Positions 32,584 through 45,099 of a DNA stretch of 64,000 nucleotides are shown piece after piece. Under the pieces are notes generated by a model that was not told the DNA's origin, made no database searches, and was given only the letters and a program-made list of their open reading frames with translations. The first letter of the stretch is position 1. Each line of letters starts with the position of its first letter. Source of the DNA: Blastocladiella emersonii ATCC 22665 (taxonomy: Eukaryota > Fungi > Blastocladiomycota). The DNA is taken from assembly GCA_025594325.1 (NCBI GenBank), contig JANHCV010000011.1, positions 1,116,001 to 1,180,000 of the forward strand, given 5' to 3'. The position numbers and the translations under genes were made by a program.

Positions 32584-32679
32584 GCCGTGACGGGACGGAA
32601 CGAGGTATACCCGAAGGATGGCAAGCAGGCGATTATTTATTCTCTCCCCCCCACTCAATCAATACACGGCGAGGACCTC

Positions 32680-35092
32680 TTACACAAGACCATCATCAAA
32701 CTCGGACCCGACCACCGCGACCGGCTCGCCGCGCACATTGACGCGCGCGCGCTCGCGGTTCACGCCCGACACGGCCGCCGTGAGCCGCTGGCACCCAAAC
32801 ACGGCGACGCGCGTGAGCGGGAGCGCCGCCACGAGGTGCTCGAGCACCGGGTCGTCGACGGCGCGCACCCACGATACGTCGAGGTCCACCAGCGCGCTCG
32901 CGCCCGCGTCCAGCAGCGCGAGTAGCGCCGCGGGCGTCAGCCGGTCGAACCAGTTGAGACCCAGGCGCACCAGTGTACGGCCTGTCGTCGCCAGAAGTGG
33001 CACGATCGCGCCGTCGTCGTTGAGGCCCCGCAGGCGTTCCAGGATCATCGTCTCGAGGTGCAGCGGCGGGACGGCGGTCGCGCCGAGCAGGTCCGAGAAG
33101 TCGAGGCCGGGTTCCAGCGCGTCGAGCTCGAGCCACGGGTCGGCCTCCTCCTCCTCGGCGATTTCAGCCGCGGGATCGGCGTCGTCGCCGTCAACGGCCA
33201 TGGGCTCGGCCGCCGCGACCGTTGTCGCGGGAGCGGGAGCGGCGGGAGCAGCAGGCGCCGCGGGCGCGGTCCCGAGCATCCCGTCGAGAAGAGCCGGCGG
33301 CGGCCCCGCTGCATCCCCGCCACCGTCCTCCTCCTCCTCCTGCCCCTCCTCGACGCGGAGCGGCGGCCAGTACCCGCCAAGCCACGCGGCGACGCCCTGC
33401 TTGGTGAACCCGTCCATGGACGCGAGCGTGAGGTGGGTGAGGGTGGCGTGGGCGCGGCGCAGCGCGAACAGCGCCTTGTCGTTGAGCAGCGGGGCGTGCG
33501 ACACGGCGAGCGCGCGCAGGTGCGGCATGGCGCGCAGGTACGCGTCGAGCTGCAGATTCGTCAGGTGCGTCGCCGACGAGTGCATCAGGCTCAGGCCGAC
33601 CAGGTTCGGGAAGTGCGCGAGGAGGGAGAGCGACGCCGGGGTCATGGCGTCGCCGTGGATCAGCGCGAGGTCTTCGAGCGGGAAGCCGTGGGCTAGACGT
33701 AGGGTGGTTTGGGTGAGTGTCGGGGACGAGAGGGCGGGGCGGGTTTTGAGATGAAGGAAGCGTACCGCGCTGCGCGTCGACGAGCGCGTTGAGCCCCTCG
33801 GTGTGCAGCTTGACGGCGTACTCGAGGTGCAGCTTGCGCAGGCGGCCGCCGAGCCGGGCAAAGAAGGCGGCCCACGCCGTGTCGCGGACGAGGTACGGGC
33901 CCTTGAGCGTGAGCTCGGCGAGGCTGTTCCACCCAGCGTCAGCCCACGCGGCGAGCGTCGAGTCGGCGGTGCGCCCGCAAAACGCGAGGTGCATGCGCAC
34001 GAGGTTCGGGCACAGCACGCCGATCGTGGCGAGGTGGTCGGCGTCGAGCAGCGTCACGTCGAACAGCGTCAGCGACGTGACGTGGTCGCCCGTGAACAGC
34101 GGCAGCAGGCCCGCGTTGAGCATGCGCTTCTTGCACACGACGCGCGCAAACTTGCGCAGCGCGTTCTCGGACAGGTCGCCCAGCGACTCGACGTCGTCGA
34201 TCAGGTCCACGATCTTCTTGACGCACGTGTCGACGAGCGACGGGACCTGCGACGCGGCCAGCGCCACGTCCGCGTCGTCGCGCACCAGCGCAAACTCGGC
34301 CGCCGTCTCGCGCGCCTTGCCGATCCGGCGACGCGGCGCCGCTGCTGCCTTGGTAGCTCCGCCGCGACCGCGGCCACGACCGCGACCCCGCCCGCTGCGC
34401 GTCATCATGGGCTCGGGCGACGACGACCCGTCGGCATCCGCAGCCTGCGACTCCTCCTGCTTCTCCTTGACGCAGTCGCGGCACAGCGACGCGAACGCCG
34501 ACTTGCGCCACGCCGTGATGGCGACGCGGCACTTGATGCACACGAGCGTCGGGTCGGGCCGCGCGGGCGGCGGCGCCACGAAATCGTCGTCCTCGTCGTC
34601 GCTGTCGTCGGCGCGCTTGCGCTTCTTCTTCTGCTTGGCCTTGGACGCCTTGGTGGGCGCGGTCGTAGCGGCGGCGGGGGTCGAGCTCGACGAGGCGGCC
34701 GCGGGGACCGTCACGACCAGATCGTCGTCGTCGTCGTTGTCCTCGGCCGCGTCGTCGTGCTGCCCGGGAACTGTAGGAGCAGCGGCCTGCTCACCCTCTC
34801 CATCAGGCGCGTCGGCGGCCCCTGCCGCCGCAGCAGCCTCCTCCTCGCGCTGCCGGCGCCGGCTCGAGATCGCGCGCGCGCTGATGCCCTGCTCGCGCAG
34901 GAACGACGTCAGAGCGCTACACGGGAAATGTCAGTGATATGGTCGCGACGCGATCGCGACTGGGAAAGGGGGAACGGACCTCGTCGGACCGCGAACTGAT
35001 TCGCCGCGCCCGCGGCCTCGGCCTCGACCGCGCCCGCCGCGTCCGCCGCGGCCGGTGCCGGGGATCGGTGGTGGTGGCGGTGCGTCTGACAT
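32680..35092 (-). CDS. RAD7: DNA repair protein RAD7/Rhp7-like leucine-rich repeat protein; introns near 34918-34978 and 33700-33766
   Basis: Spliced VRGPT-SALTSFLREQGIS; CxxC..LCxxC finger; VPSLVDTCVKKIVDLIDDVESLGDL followed by RNI-like LRRs. Confidence 0.82.
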
Positions 35093-35661
35093 GGCGGCGG
35101 CGGTAAGTTACATAAGCGATCGCATGCGCTTGTGGGAGAGGGAGAGGGGGGAGGGGAGGGGAGCGCGATGAGAGTCGGTCGGTCGGCAGGGGTCGCGCTC
35201 GATCGACTCACAGCGGATCGCGCGTGTGAGGACTCGGGACCGCGTCTCGACGCCTGCTGCTGCACCTCGTCCCCGTCCCGAGCAAGACGGAGGGGCGCAA
35301 GGCGGTGATCCTGATGCACGAAGCCCCTCGACCGCCTCACGCTTGGCCGTCCGGCGGCGGCACCTCACACGGCCACAGCAGTGCAAGGATCCTTGCGACG
35401 AGCTGCGCTGCGCGTGCGATGTGAATCGCGAGTCTCGGAAACGGCGGCGCGCGGGCCGGCGCGGTGGGCGAGCGACCGGGCGAGCGACCCGACGACCAGC
35501 AGCGCGACGCGTGCTGAGGGGCAAGGTCAGAGACGCGTCGGCCAGCGCGTCGGCAAGGGTGGCGTCAGCCGCCAAGGTCGCGTCAAGTGGTCTCGCCGGC
35601 TCTCCCCCGTCCGCCTGCACCCCTATGAATGCTCATGAAAAAACCTGTGCAACTTTATGCA

Positions 35662-37921
35662 ATGTCTGTCCTGCCGGACACGGTGCTTCCTTTTGACGTG
35701 CTCGAGCGCGTCGCCATGCTTGCAGCGCCTCGGGCAGCCGTGGTCGCGGCCTCGCGCGGCTTCCGATCCTTCGCTCGGTCGGGACGCTTGGACTTTGCTT
35801 GGCTCCGCTGCGTGACTGCCCGAGAAAGCGCACTGCTCGGCGAGATCCCCGAGCCGCACCAAGGCGTGGCGCCCATCCGCACGCACATGAGCATGTACCT
35901 CGGCCGGCGCTTATTCAAAGCTCGCGCAGTGCGCGCCGCAGCTGCACAAGGCAAGGCTGTGATCGACGGTCCAATCCCCACGTTTACGCGCTACTTTCTC
36001 AAGCGAATCGTGCTTTACGTTGCGGCCGATGTGCGGCGCCGCGCTATCGGGAACGACAAAGACGCGTGGACAACTTACATCGCGTCCGTGACCGAGGCCG
36101 CACGCGCTGACCCGGCTGGCGCCGCGGCTTGGCATCCGGCTGTCGTTCTCCTCCAAGTCTCGACCTTTCTTGCCCTGATGGGGCAAATCGGCCTGCTCCT
36201 GCATATCGTAAGATATCTCAACGCGCACCTACCCGCGTACTGACCATTGAGCTGCCAGTTGCTTGACTACTTTCACCTTGGCTGCGAGTGGCAACACATC
36301 CAAATGTGGCACCTGCACGAATGCTCAAAGCCATGCGACTCGGGCACGTATCCCGCCATGGGCTTCCTCCCTTACCTTGTCGCGCGCGTCATGTTCCAGT
36401 GGGATTTCGACTCGTTCCGACTTCTCGAGGAGCTGCTGTTCAACTTCGAGGGCGAGTTTTTTGTCACGCTTGCGTCCAGCGAAAGTGGCATCGAGCTGCT
36501 ACTCACTTACATTAACGAACCGTACGTGCGAAGCGACACGATCCTCGCTCAGCTTCGCTGGCTCTATGACCACGGCTGGCGACTGCCTTACAGCCATCAC
36601 TCGCACTATGCCGCAATTATTCTTCACCGCAAGGACCCCGAGCTGATTGCCGCGGTCCACGCTGCTTATGGTCGCTCCAGCCGTCCCGCCGCCGTTGTTG
36701 GCGGTGACGGTGACGGTGACGTGCCTGACGGCCTCAATTCTGAGGAGGTGGATACGGCCGAGTTCGAGGAGGAGCTCGCCGAGTCCTTGTCGCGGCAATA
36801 CCTCACCGTGGACCAGATGCGTCGCTTCGCCAATGTTGGGATCGGAATGCAATTCCTTTTGACACAGCAATTTGGGGAAGCGCTGCTTCGGCGCGACCGC
36901 GCCATGTTCAACTTTGCCAAGGAAGTGTTGGACCAGGCCGACTTTCAGTCCAGGCTGCGTGATCAAGGTGCGCCATTTTGTTCTGGTCGTCTGAGATGGG
37001 AACTAACCCGCCGTCTCGTGTTGCCGTTTGCTAGCAAGCGAATTCTTCATGGAACTTGCTGAACCCGAAATTGAACCCGTTCGCTTCGGTCTCACGCTCG
37101 CCCTCGAAAACGGCATCCGCATCAACGAGCTCTTTGACCCGGAAACTGTCACCCTTGACGACCTCTTCCAGCGCTTCCCCGCGGTTACACAGGATCTCGT
37201 CAGCCCGCCGCTCTCGCACGACCCAGCCGCGGTCTTTGTCCAGCTTTTCAACCAGGCCTTCCGCGGCTCGCGTTTCCTCGAGACCACCGCCGCGCTTCAC
37301 CTTGCCGATCTCACTGTGTTCGTGCTCAACAGCCCCGAGCACCACGCCGCGGCGTTACATCAGATCAGCGGCGTCGACGATATGGGCCTGCGCGGCATCA
37401 CGAGCTTCTATCTCGACGTCTTGATTATCAAGCATGCGCAGTCACCGAGCGGGCCATCACTTGAGCATCTTCCCATCTTGCTCTACCTGGACGCGCCTGC
37501 GACTTGGACGCCGTGGCGGTACGCGCTTCACACGGTGCTTGCTATGTACCCGAGCGCGCTCAAGCAGTCGCGATTGGTCGACGCGCGCGTGCCGCTCCAA
37601 ATCCCGCCGCAAACGTTCCTCCTGACGGACGACACGCTGCAGGCGCGACTTGCCACCGAGGCGGCGGATCCAGCTTTCTGCAGCTGGACCATGCCCACGA
37701 TGCAGCTGTTGGTCGAGGAACTGCTCCCTGTCAACGCCAAGTGGGTGTGCCGCGATTTGCTCAATCTGACCGAGTCAAGCCCGCCGTGGAAGCGGGATCT
37801 CGTGCCTGTGGCTTTCCGCGACATGGATTGGAGTGAAGACACGAGCAACCACAGCGACGACACGGGCTCGCTGGCCTCGTCCGCCAAGGCCATTATCGCA
37901 GCGACGACGCCCGGTCCTTGA
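35662..37921 (+). CDS. Lineage-specific hypothetical protein (~710 aa); introns 36208-36258 and 36968-37034
   Basis: Three consecutive ORFs are joined in frame by two canonical introns (GTAAGA..CTGAC..CAG; GTGCGC..CTAAC..TAG). N-terminal LPFDVLERVA is F-box-like (weak). Confidence 0.6.
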
Positions 37922-38204
37922 GGCGGCCTCGATGAGCCCTAAAAGTGAAGGCACATGGGCGTCGTGCGGCGAGGTGTCTGATCTCAAATAAAGGACGGGG
38001 AAGAACGATTGACATGCTCGTAAAAATTTCTCACGCATGGCGGGTGGTTAATGTCGAATGCTTGGGCGACTCGCCGCGCTGCACAGCAGGCGCCTGAACG
38101 CCCTCAGGGGTGTCATGGGCGACGCGTCGCTCATGCGTCGTTCATGCGTCGCTTCGCGTTTCAGGTGCCTGCTCTCCCCCCTCGTCCACGTAAGCTCATG
38201 AACG

Positions 38205-38637
38205 ACCATGAATGAACTCACGCAACTTTATGCAATGTCAAACCTGGTCCAGTGGGACGCGTGTCCAACCTTTTATCACAGCCCCCATCACGGCCCCTTG
38301 TCTCGAACGGAAAGTCAAAACCCAGGCGCGCTGTCTCGCGTGGCTGAGTACCGAATGTCTCGCACGTGGCGGCGCCACATCTCCCTCACCATCGCCCGCG
38401 AGTTACCCATGCCTGCCCTCGCTCCCCTTCACCAACGACCATGCTCTGCCTGCCATCGTCCCTGATAAACCCGGAGGAGACACGTGTTGGCGAGAAGCCG
38501 TGAACATGCCGCTCGCGATGGCCGCCTTCCGGACCCGCGAGTTCATCCAAGCACGGGCTAAGCGGGACCTTCGCGCCTCGACGGCCGTGCAGGGGCGGAC
38601 GCCGAATCAGGGTCGCGTTGCGCAAGCACCGCCATGA
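38205..38637 (+). pseudogene. Decayed partial duplicate of the 5' end of the 35662 gene
   Basis: Exact 18-mer GCAACTTTATGCAATGTC at 35649-35666 and 38222-38239; patchy peptide similarity (LAWL/FAWL, FIQARA/LFKARA, AVQGR/AAQGK). Confidence 0.4.
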
Positions 38638-38901
38638 CACACGCTGATTGTGATGGCGGGGAGAGAGATGTTTCAGGTCGGTCGTAACGCCAAGCCGGGG
38701 CGCGTTGCCTTCCGGGGCTGAGAGTGGGTGAAAATAGTGACATCGCGAACGAAGCGGGGGGCTCCTTGTAAGTCGGCAGTCGGCAGCAGCGACCCTCGGC
38801 CGGTCCGGTTACTTGAGCCCGCGACGTCCTGCTCCTCGGCCTCGACTACGAAACACGGACCGACCCTGCCCGCTCCTCGTCCCCGTCCCCGCTGCGCCAC
38901 C

Positions 38902-41391
38902 ATGTTCATCGACGGCTGGCTACACGACGCGCTCGGCGTCCTGCTCGTCATTGTGGCAGCGACGACCGTCCTGTTCGCGCTGTTCCACTGGGTGTTCCAT
39001 ATCGTGCGTGATCTTCGGGTCGGCGACCGGAGCTCGCAACCGTGCTGACGTCCGGTCAACCGTATAGTGGTGCTTCATCGAGATTGCCAAGATCGGCTAC
39101 AACGAGGGCCGCGCCGGCTCGGTGCAGACCTTCAACATGGGCGAGGGTCCCGGCCGCATCGCCATGTGCGTCGTGCTCGGCCTGGCGTACTCGGCGTTCA
39201 TCGGCTTCTTCCTGTTCGTCATCGGCCTGTTCCTCACGTTTAAGGACTACGCGCCGCGGTGGATGTGGATCCAGGACCCGATCATGGACGCCAACCAGCT
39301 GCTGTCCATCTTCGTCGTCTTCTTCGTCATCTACGCGATCCCTTCGGTCATCGCGGCGTTCACGACGACCATCGTCTTCATCCACGACCGCTGGATGATG
39401 CGCTCGCTCAAGAAGGAGCGCCGTGCCGCCATGGCCCACGGTGCAGCGACGGCCGAGGGCGGTAACGGCGGCGCGGCCAGCCCCATATCGTACCACTGGG
39501 ACAAGACGGTCGTGCTGTGCGTGCCCGTGTACATGGAGCCGCTGTCGAACCTGCTGTCGACCATCAACGCGATCGCCGAGAGCGACTACCCGCCTGACAA
39601 GATCGAGGTGCTCGTCGGCTTCGATGACGATAGCACCAAGACGCTCACCATGATGCACACGATCGCGCGCATTCTGTCGGGCGGCGAGATCCGCGGGTTC
39701 GACGCCAAGGAGCACGGCGGCAGCGGGTCTGAGGTCGGCACCCCGCTCCACTCGTCCGCCCCCGACAGCGGGCTGTACATGGGCACGGGCGACCTCGGCG
39801 ACGGCTCGGCCATGTACGACGCGCTGCCGGCGGCCGACGGCCGCAACAAGTACAACGGGCTGCTCAAGATCGCCAACTACGCGCGGTCGTCGGTCGACGT
39901 GCGCCAGTCGCCCGTGTCGCGGCCGCAGTCGCTCGACTACTCGAACGTCGAGCACGACCCGCGCACCATCGAGGCGAGCTACCGCAGCATCAACTACACC
40001 ATCTCGCGGTTCGAGCACGGCGGCAAGCTGCACACGCAGGCCAAGATGTTCGCCATGATCCAGGACCGCGTCGAGTTGGGCCAGTACCCGCGCAACTCGC
40101 TGATTCTGTTCGTCGACAGCGACACGACGCTGGTCCCGTCGACGATCCGCAAGTTTGTCGACCATTTTGAAGTGCACAAGAGTCGCCACGCCGCAACTGG
40201 TACGCCGATGTGCATTGCTGCGATCCTTTCCTTGTACTGACACGCGCTGGACCCTCGCTCAGGCTTCATCCTGTCGCGCAACGGCCACGGTCACAACTTC
40301 CTGCAGCAGCTCCAAGACGCACGTGCTCTCGAATCGCCGCTTCCCGCCCACCGAGCCCCACTCACTCACCCGCCCGCAATGCGTAGGCCGAGTACATTTA
40401 CATGCAGCTGTCGATGCGGTTCACCGAGGCGTCGTTCGGGAGCGTGACGTGCATGCCGGGCGCGCTGACCATGATCAAGTACGAGACCATGGCGGAGCTG
40501 GCCAAGCTGTACTTCCACCAGGCCGACGTGGACTCGACGTTCGAGTTCTGCCGGCGCAAGCTGGGCGAGGACCGGTTCCTGACGCACCTGGCCATGGAGT
40601 ACCTGGGCCCGTTCGCGATCGGGTTCGTGCCCGACGCCGTATCCAAGACCGAGGCACCCGGCAACGCGTACGACCTGCTGCGGCAGCGTCGGCGGTGGCT
40701 GCTCGGGTCGTTGACAAACGAGGTCTACATGATCACGACGCCGTCGTTCGTGCTCAAGTTCCCCGCCCTGATCGCGCTGCGCATCCTCAACATCTTCCGC
40801 CTCGGCGGCACGCTCTTCTACCTCCTCGCGCTCGAGTACATCATCGTCGGCATCCTGTACCCGGACGACTTCATTGCGTCCGACGTCATCTACGTGATCG
40901 GGATCCCGCTGCTCATCTGGATCTTCCTCGCGGTCTGGGCGCTCTGGCAGCGCCGGTACAAGACGCTCTTCTTCTTCTTCCTCTACATCCTCCTCAACCA
41001 GTTCATGGAGCTCGGGTACTACGGGTACGCGCTCTGGACGCTGCGCGAGCGGACGTGGGGCGGGCCGCGCGCGGCGGGCGAGGAGGAGGACGAGGGCGAC
41101 GACGCGACCAAGACGTCCGACCACCACCAGCAGGACGACGACGGCACCGACTCGTTCGTCATCGGCAGCCCGGCCATGTACAACGGCTCGCCGCTGCGCG
41201 CGCCCGCGTCGCCCGTGCCCGTCCACGGGTACATGGTCCAGCACCACCAGTACAACGGCAACGGCAACGGCCACGGCGGCCGCGACTCGCCCGCCATGGG
41301 CAGCCCGAGTGCGTACAGCTCCCCGCTCCGCGGCGGCGCCCCGGGCTCGCCCGCGCCCGTCCACGGGTTCGTCATCCAGCAGAACCGCTAG
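38902..41391 (+). CDS. Compact chitin synthase-like GT2, copy B; same intron positions as copy A, including the GC-AG intron 40319-40386
   Basis: Same motifs as copy A (FVDSDT, GEDR, QRRRW); longer, different C-terminal tail. Confidence 0.85.
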
Positions 41392-42144
41392 GTTCGCGCG
41401 CCGTCGCGCGAGCGGCAGCGCAAGAGTGCTCTAGTATCCATTAGCTTCTATATCAATCTCAACCATTTTTTGTCGACGCATCAGGAGGAGCGGCGCGAAA
41501 AGAGCGGCGCGATGTCAAAGTCGACGAGCCCACGCAGGTACGGGTAGTAAGAGCGCGCCGAGTTGCGAGGTCGCGCGGCCATGGTCGGATGGATGAAGAG
41601 CCCCACGTATCGACTGGCGCAAGGTCGAGCGGCGTCGCCACCGTGAGGGCCAGCGCGAAGCGGAACGGTGATCAACCGAGCTCAAGTAGGCCTCAACGGG
41701 TGAAGCGAGACGGGCGAGTACGGCCGTGTCCGAGCGAGCCATGCCGCAACGCAACTGCAAGTGTCGAATCGAGCAGATCGGATATGGCAGCGCCGAGTAT
41801 GGCGCGTCGCAAAGGGAACAGCACGCTGACCGTCGCTCAGCAGCGAGCAGTGCGCTGCGAGGATCGGCGCGATGAGAGCTCGGACCCCTGCGCTCGTGCG
41901 GCGCGAGACCGTCAAGACTGTGCATGGAAGCAGCGTGTGATACATGGTGCGTGATGAGCGATACATGGTATGTCGGTCAACGAAGGTAGAGAGGGGCCGA
42001 CCACGGCCGAGTCGTCGAGTTGGTCGCGCGAAGTGGCGCGCCGCGGTCACACGACGCGTTGCCAGGTCCGCGCATGAGCTCTCGACTCTGCTCTCGACTT
42101 GACCGGCTGCCGTCGCCTCCGCCCCCGCTCTCCCAACCGTCACA

Positions 42145-43853
42145 ATGCATCAAATGAAATCTGAGCACGCGCCTCAACGCACCACCGACCGCCGTCCCAT
42201 CGATTCCGACTCCGACGGCGACGGCACCGACGCCCGTCCCGCGAAACGCGCAACGACCGCCGCTTCGGCGTGGGCCGCGGACTTTGCCGACCTCCTCGTC
42301 TCGCTCCCCCAAACGAGCGCGTCGATCCAGGAGGACTCGTTCCACGACCGTCTGGCGTCAGCGGTCGCGCACTATGCGCGGGACCATCCACGGCGCGCGC
42401 TGGCGGTGCTGGCGGCGCCCGCCTCGGCCCGCGCGATCGCCGCGTGTCTCGAGGTCGCGTGCCCCTCGGGCGAGGGAAAGGGGATGGGTGAAGAAGAGGT
42501 GGACGGCCGGCTCGCGCTGTTCGCCGCGCGCATGTGCTGCCTGCAGGCGCGGCTGTGGCACGCGGCGCCGCGCGGGGAGCGCGAGGGGGAGACGGCGTTT
42601 ACGGAAGTCCTGGTGCCGCTGATGCGGCGCGTGGTCAAGGCGGTGCAGCTGGAGGTGCGAGAGAAGTCCGAGTCGTAGGCGCGTTTTCACTTGCTGACGG
42701 GGTGCTCCGTTAGCCCGAACACGTCGACCCGCACCTCGTCCTAGCGTGGCTCGAGCTGCTCGCCGAGTTCCCGCTCGAACGGTCGCGGTACAAGTGCACG
42801 GCGCCCGACGCGCCGCCGCTGCGGGCGTGTCTCGCGCACCCCAACTACAACGTGCGTCCCCTTCCCCGCTCCCATTACTCGCGAACATCCACTGACACCG
42901 CTCTGTAGGTCGTCCGGCACGCGTGCACCGCGATCGCGTCAATCGCCGCAACCCACCCTCCCTCCTCCACCCCGTCCCTGAAGCCGCTCCTCGCCCCGCT
43001 CCTCTCTCCCACCCACGCGTCGCCCTCACCCGCCCTCGCCGGCCTCGAACTCGCCGCCGCCATCCTGTCCCACGATAGCCCCCGCTCGCTGCTCCCCGAC
43101 GAACTCGCGCTCGTGACCTCGCTCGCCGTCGCGTCGCCACACGTCCTGGTCCGCCGCAAAGTCCACGGCCTGTTTCTCGCGTACCCCGCGACGTTCGGTG
43201 ACGTGGTCCCGCTCGCGCAAGAGCTCGTCGCGCGAGGCTGGGCTGCGGACGCCGTGCACCTGCTGCCCGGCGTGGCCTCGCCCAAGGCGGCGAGGGAGAC
43301 CGCGGACGCGTGCGTAGCGTCCGGCCGCGTCGCGGCGGCGAGCGTGGTCGCGGCGATGGTCCGTGGACCGAAGGCGGATGGGGAGCGGTTGGCGTGGAGT
43401 CTCAAGGCGATCAACGCGGGCGGGGAGGGCAAGGCGTGGCCGTTCCACGCGGTCGCGCAGTACGCGGTCTCACTGGGCGACATCATTGCGGTCCGCGAGA
43501 CGGTAGCGCGCTCGCTCGCGGCGAACCGCGCCGACGAGCGGCACGTCGGCGAGTGTCTGCTGGCGCTGCGCGAGGTCGGGGTGCCCGACTCTGCCAAAGC
43601 GGTGGTCGAGACGTTGACGGAGCACTCGAGCTCGTTGATTGCGGGGCTTGCGGCGGGGTTGCTCGGGCGCGCGGTCGAGGAGGAGAGCGATGAGGAGGAG
43701 GATGCATGGGGCGATGCAGAAGAAGCGCGACCGCTGGGGTACGAGGCCGAGCTGCGCGACCTGCTGGTGACGGTGCACTTCTACCAGGCGCGGCGCGGCG
43801 GGTGCGACGAGGAGGGCGGCGGGCACGAGCACAACTGGATGGACTGCTACTGA
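42145..43853 (+). CDS. Hypothetical helical (ARM/HEAT-like) protein; exon structure between 42656 and 42908 unresolved
   Basis: ORFs 42145-42678 and 43113-43853 (the latter frame is open from ~42909) have Ala/Leu-rich helical composition. Intron-like signals lie between them. Confidence 0.5.
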
Positions 43854-43884
43854 CGCGCAGTGACACAATATATTCGAAGGAAAT

Positions 43885-44724
43885 CTAACCCATGTGGGCG
43901 GGGCTGTACACGACGGCCGAGAACAGGGTGCCCGCGATGATCCCGTTGACGAGCTCGGGGAGCGTGTGGTAGTACATCATGGTGATCCCGAGCATCGCGA
44001 CCCAGAGCATCGACAGCGCGTTGATCCAGCGCTTGGCCGCGCGGAACGGCGACGCGGCCTTGCGCCGAGCCAGCGCGTCGTTGACCACATCACCCGCAGG
44101 CGGCTTGCTCCCCTCGGGCCGCGTGTGCGCGTTCTGAGAGTCGCCAAAGACCAGGAACTCGAGCTGCAGGAACAGGAACGAGTGGACGAGCAGGAGGCAG
44201 TGGCCGGACACGTCGTGCCCGCCGGTCCAGACCCCGCCGTGGCCGCGGCACGCGGCAATGTTCGCGGCGCGCGCGCCGTGTGCGCGGAAGTGCGCGAGGT
44301 GATCCGGGTGGTACTCCTCGACGTCGCCCGGCAGCGCGCACTTCCCGCCGACCTCGCGGTTGAACCGGTCGAGCAGCGGCGCGCCAAAGAACCACTGCGT
44401 CAGCGTGATCCAGTACGCGGTCGCCAGCGAGTACCGGACCAGCGCGGCCAGCCGACGCTCGTGCGGCCAGTGCCGCATCCGCGCGAGCGCCAGGAAGAAG
44501 ACGACCGACGTCCATGCCCACGCGTACTTGGCAAAGTACACGTTGAAGAAGGATTTCTTCTCGGTCAGCAGCGGGATGTGCGGGAACTCGATGAACCACT
44601 TGAGGACCGACACGCCGACGGCGGCCGTGGCCGCGGCGAACGGGAACACGAACGGCGACGACGGCGACGTCGCGGTCGACGCCACGAGCGCCGGCGGGTC
44701 AATGTCGGCGGCGGTAGCGGCCAT
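43885..44724 (-). CDS. SCS3: Fat storage-inducing transmembrane protein (FIT2/Scs3 family)
   Basis: KKSFFNVYFAKYAWAWT, WFFGAPLLDR, GHDVSGHCLLL and YYHT..E motifs. Confidence 0.9.
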   Translation of the reverse strand: MAATAADIDPPALVASTATSPSSPFVFPFAAATAAVGVSVLKWFIEFPHIPLLTEKKSFFNVYFAKYAWAWTSVVFFLALARMRHWPHERRLAALVRYSLATAYWITLTQWFFGAPLLDRFNREVGGKCALPGDVEEYHPDHLAHFRAHGARAANIAACRGHGGVWTGGHDVSGHCLLLVHSFLFLQLEFLVFGDSQNAHTRPEGSKPPAGDVVNDALARRKAASPFRAAKRWINALSMLWVAMLGITMMYYHTLPELVNGIIAGTLFSAVVYSPAHMG

Positions 44725-45099
44725 GGTTGGTCGGTGGTCTACGATCGATGGTCGCACGCGCAGGTGGGTCAGCGCTCGAGGATCGCTCGTGTTCATGCAG
44801 TCTTCATGGGCGCTTACATGCAGCAGGATCAGGACTAGCCTTGAAGAAAGGGAGAGAGAGGGCGGGCGGGAGGAGTGCGGGTTGACGAGCACACTCGGCA
44901 CGCTCTCCCGACCAACGCCAGCAAGCGCCGAACACGTCAGTGGGGGCGGTGGCGTAGTGTCGGTGACGTCACCCTGCCTGACGCGCGCCACTGCAGTGAA
45001 AACCGACCGACCCGACCAAGTGTGTTGCAAGTTAACTGTTACATTTGAAAAGAACAACAAAAAGGAGAAACCACAAAAATCAGAGAACTACACGGTCAG

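Noticed and set aside
36241-36243. In-frame TGA between two ORFs, suggesting readthrough or selenocysteine
   Set aside because: It lies inside a canonical 51-nt intron (36208-36258), where it forms part of the CTGAC branch point.
37028-37062. Overlapping ORFs suggesting a programmed frameshift
   Set aside because: Explained by the 67-nt intron 36968-37034.
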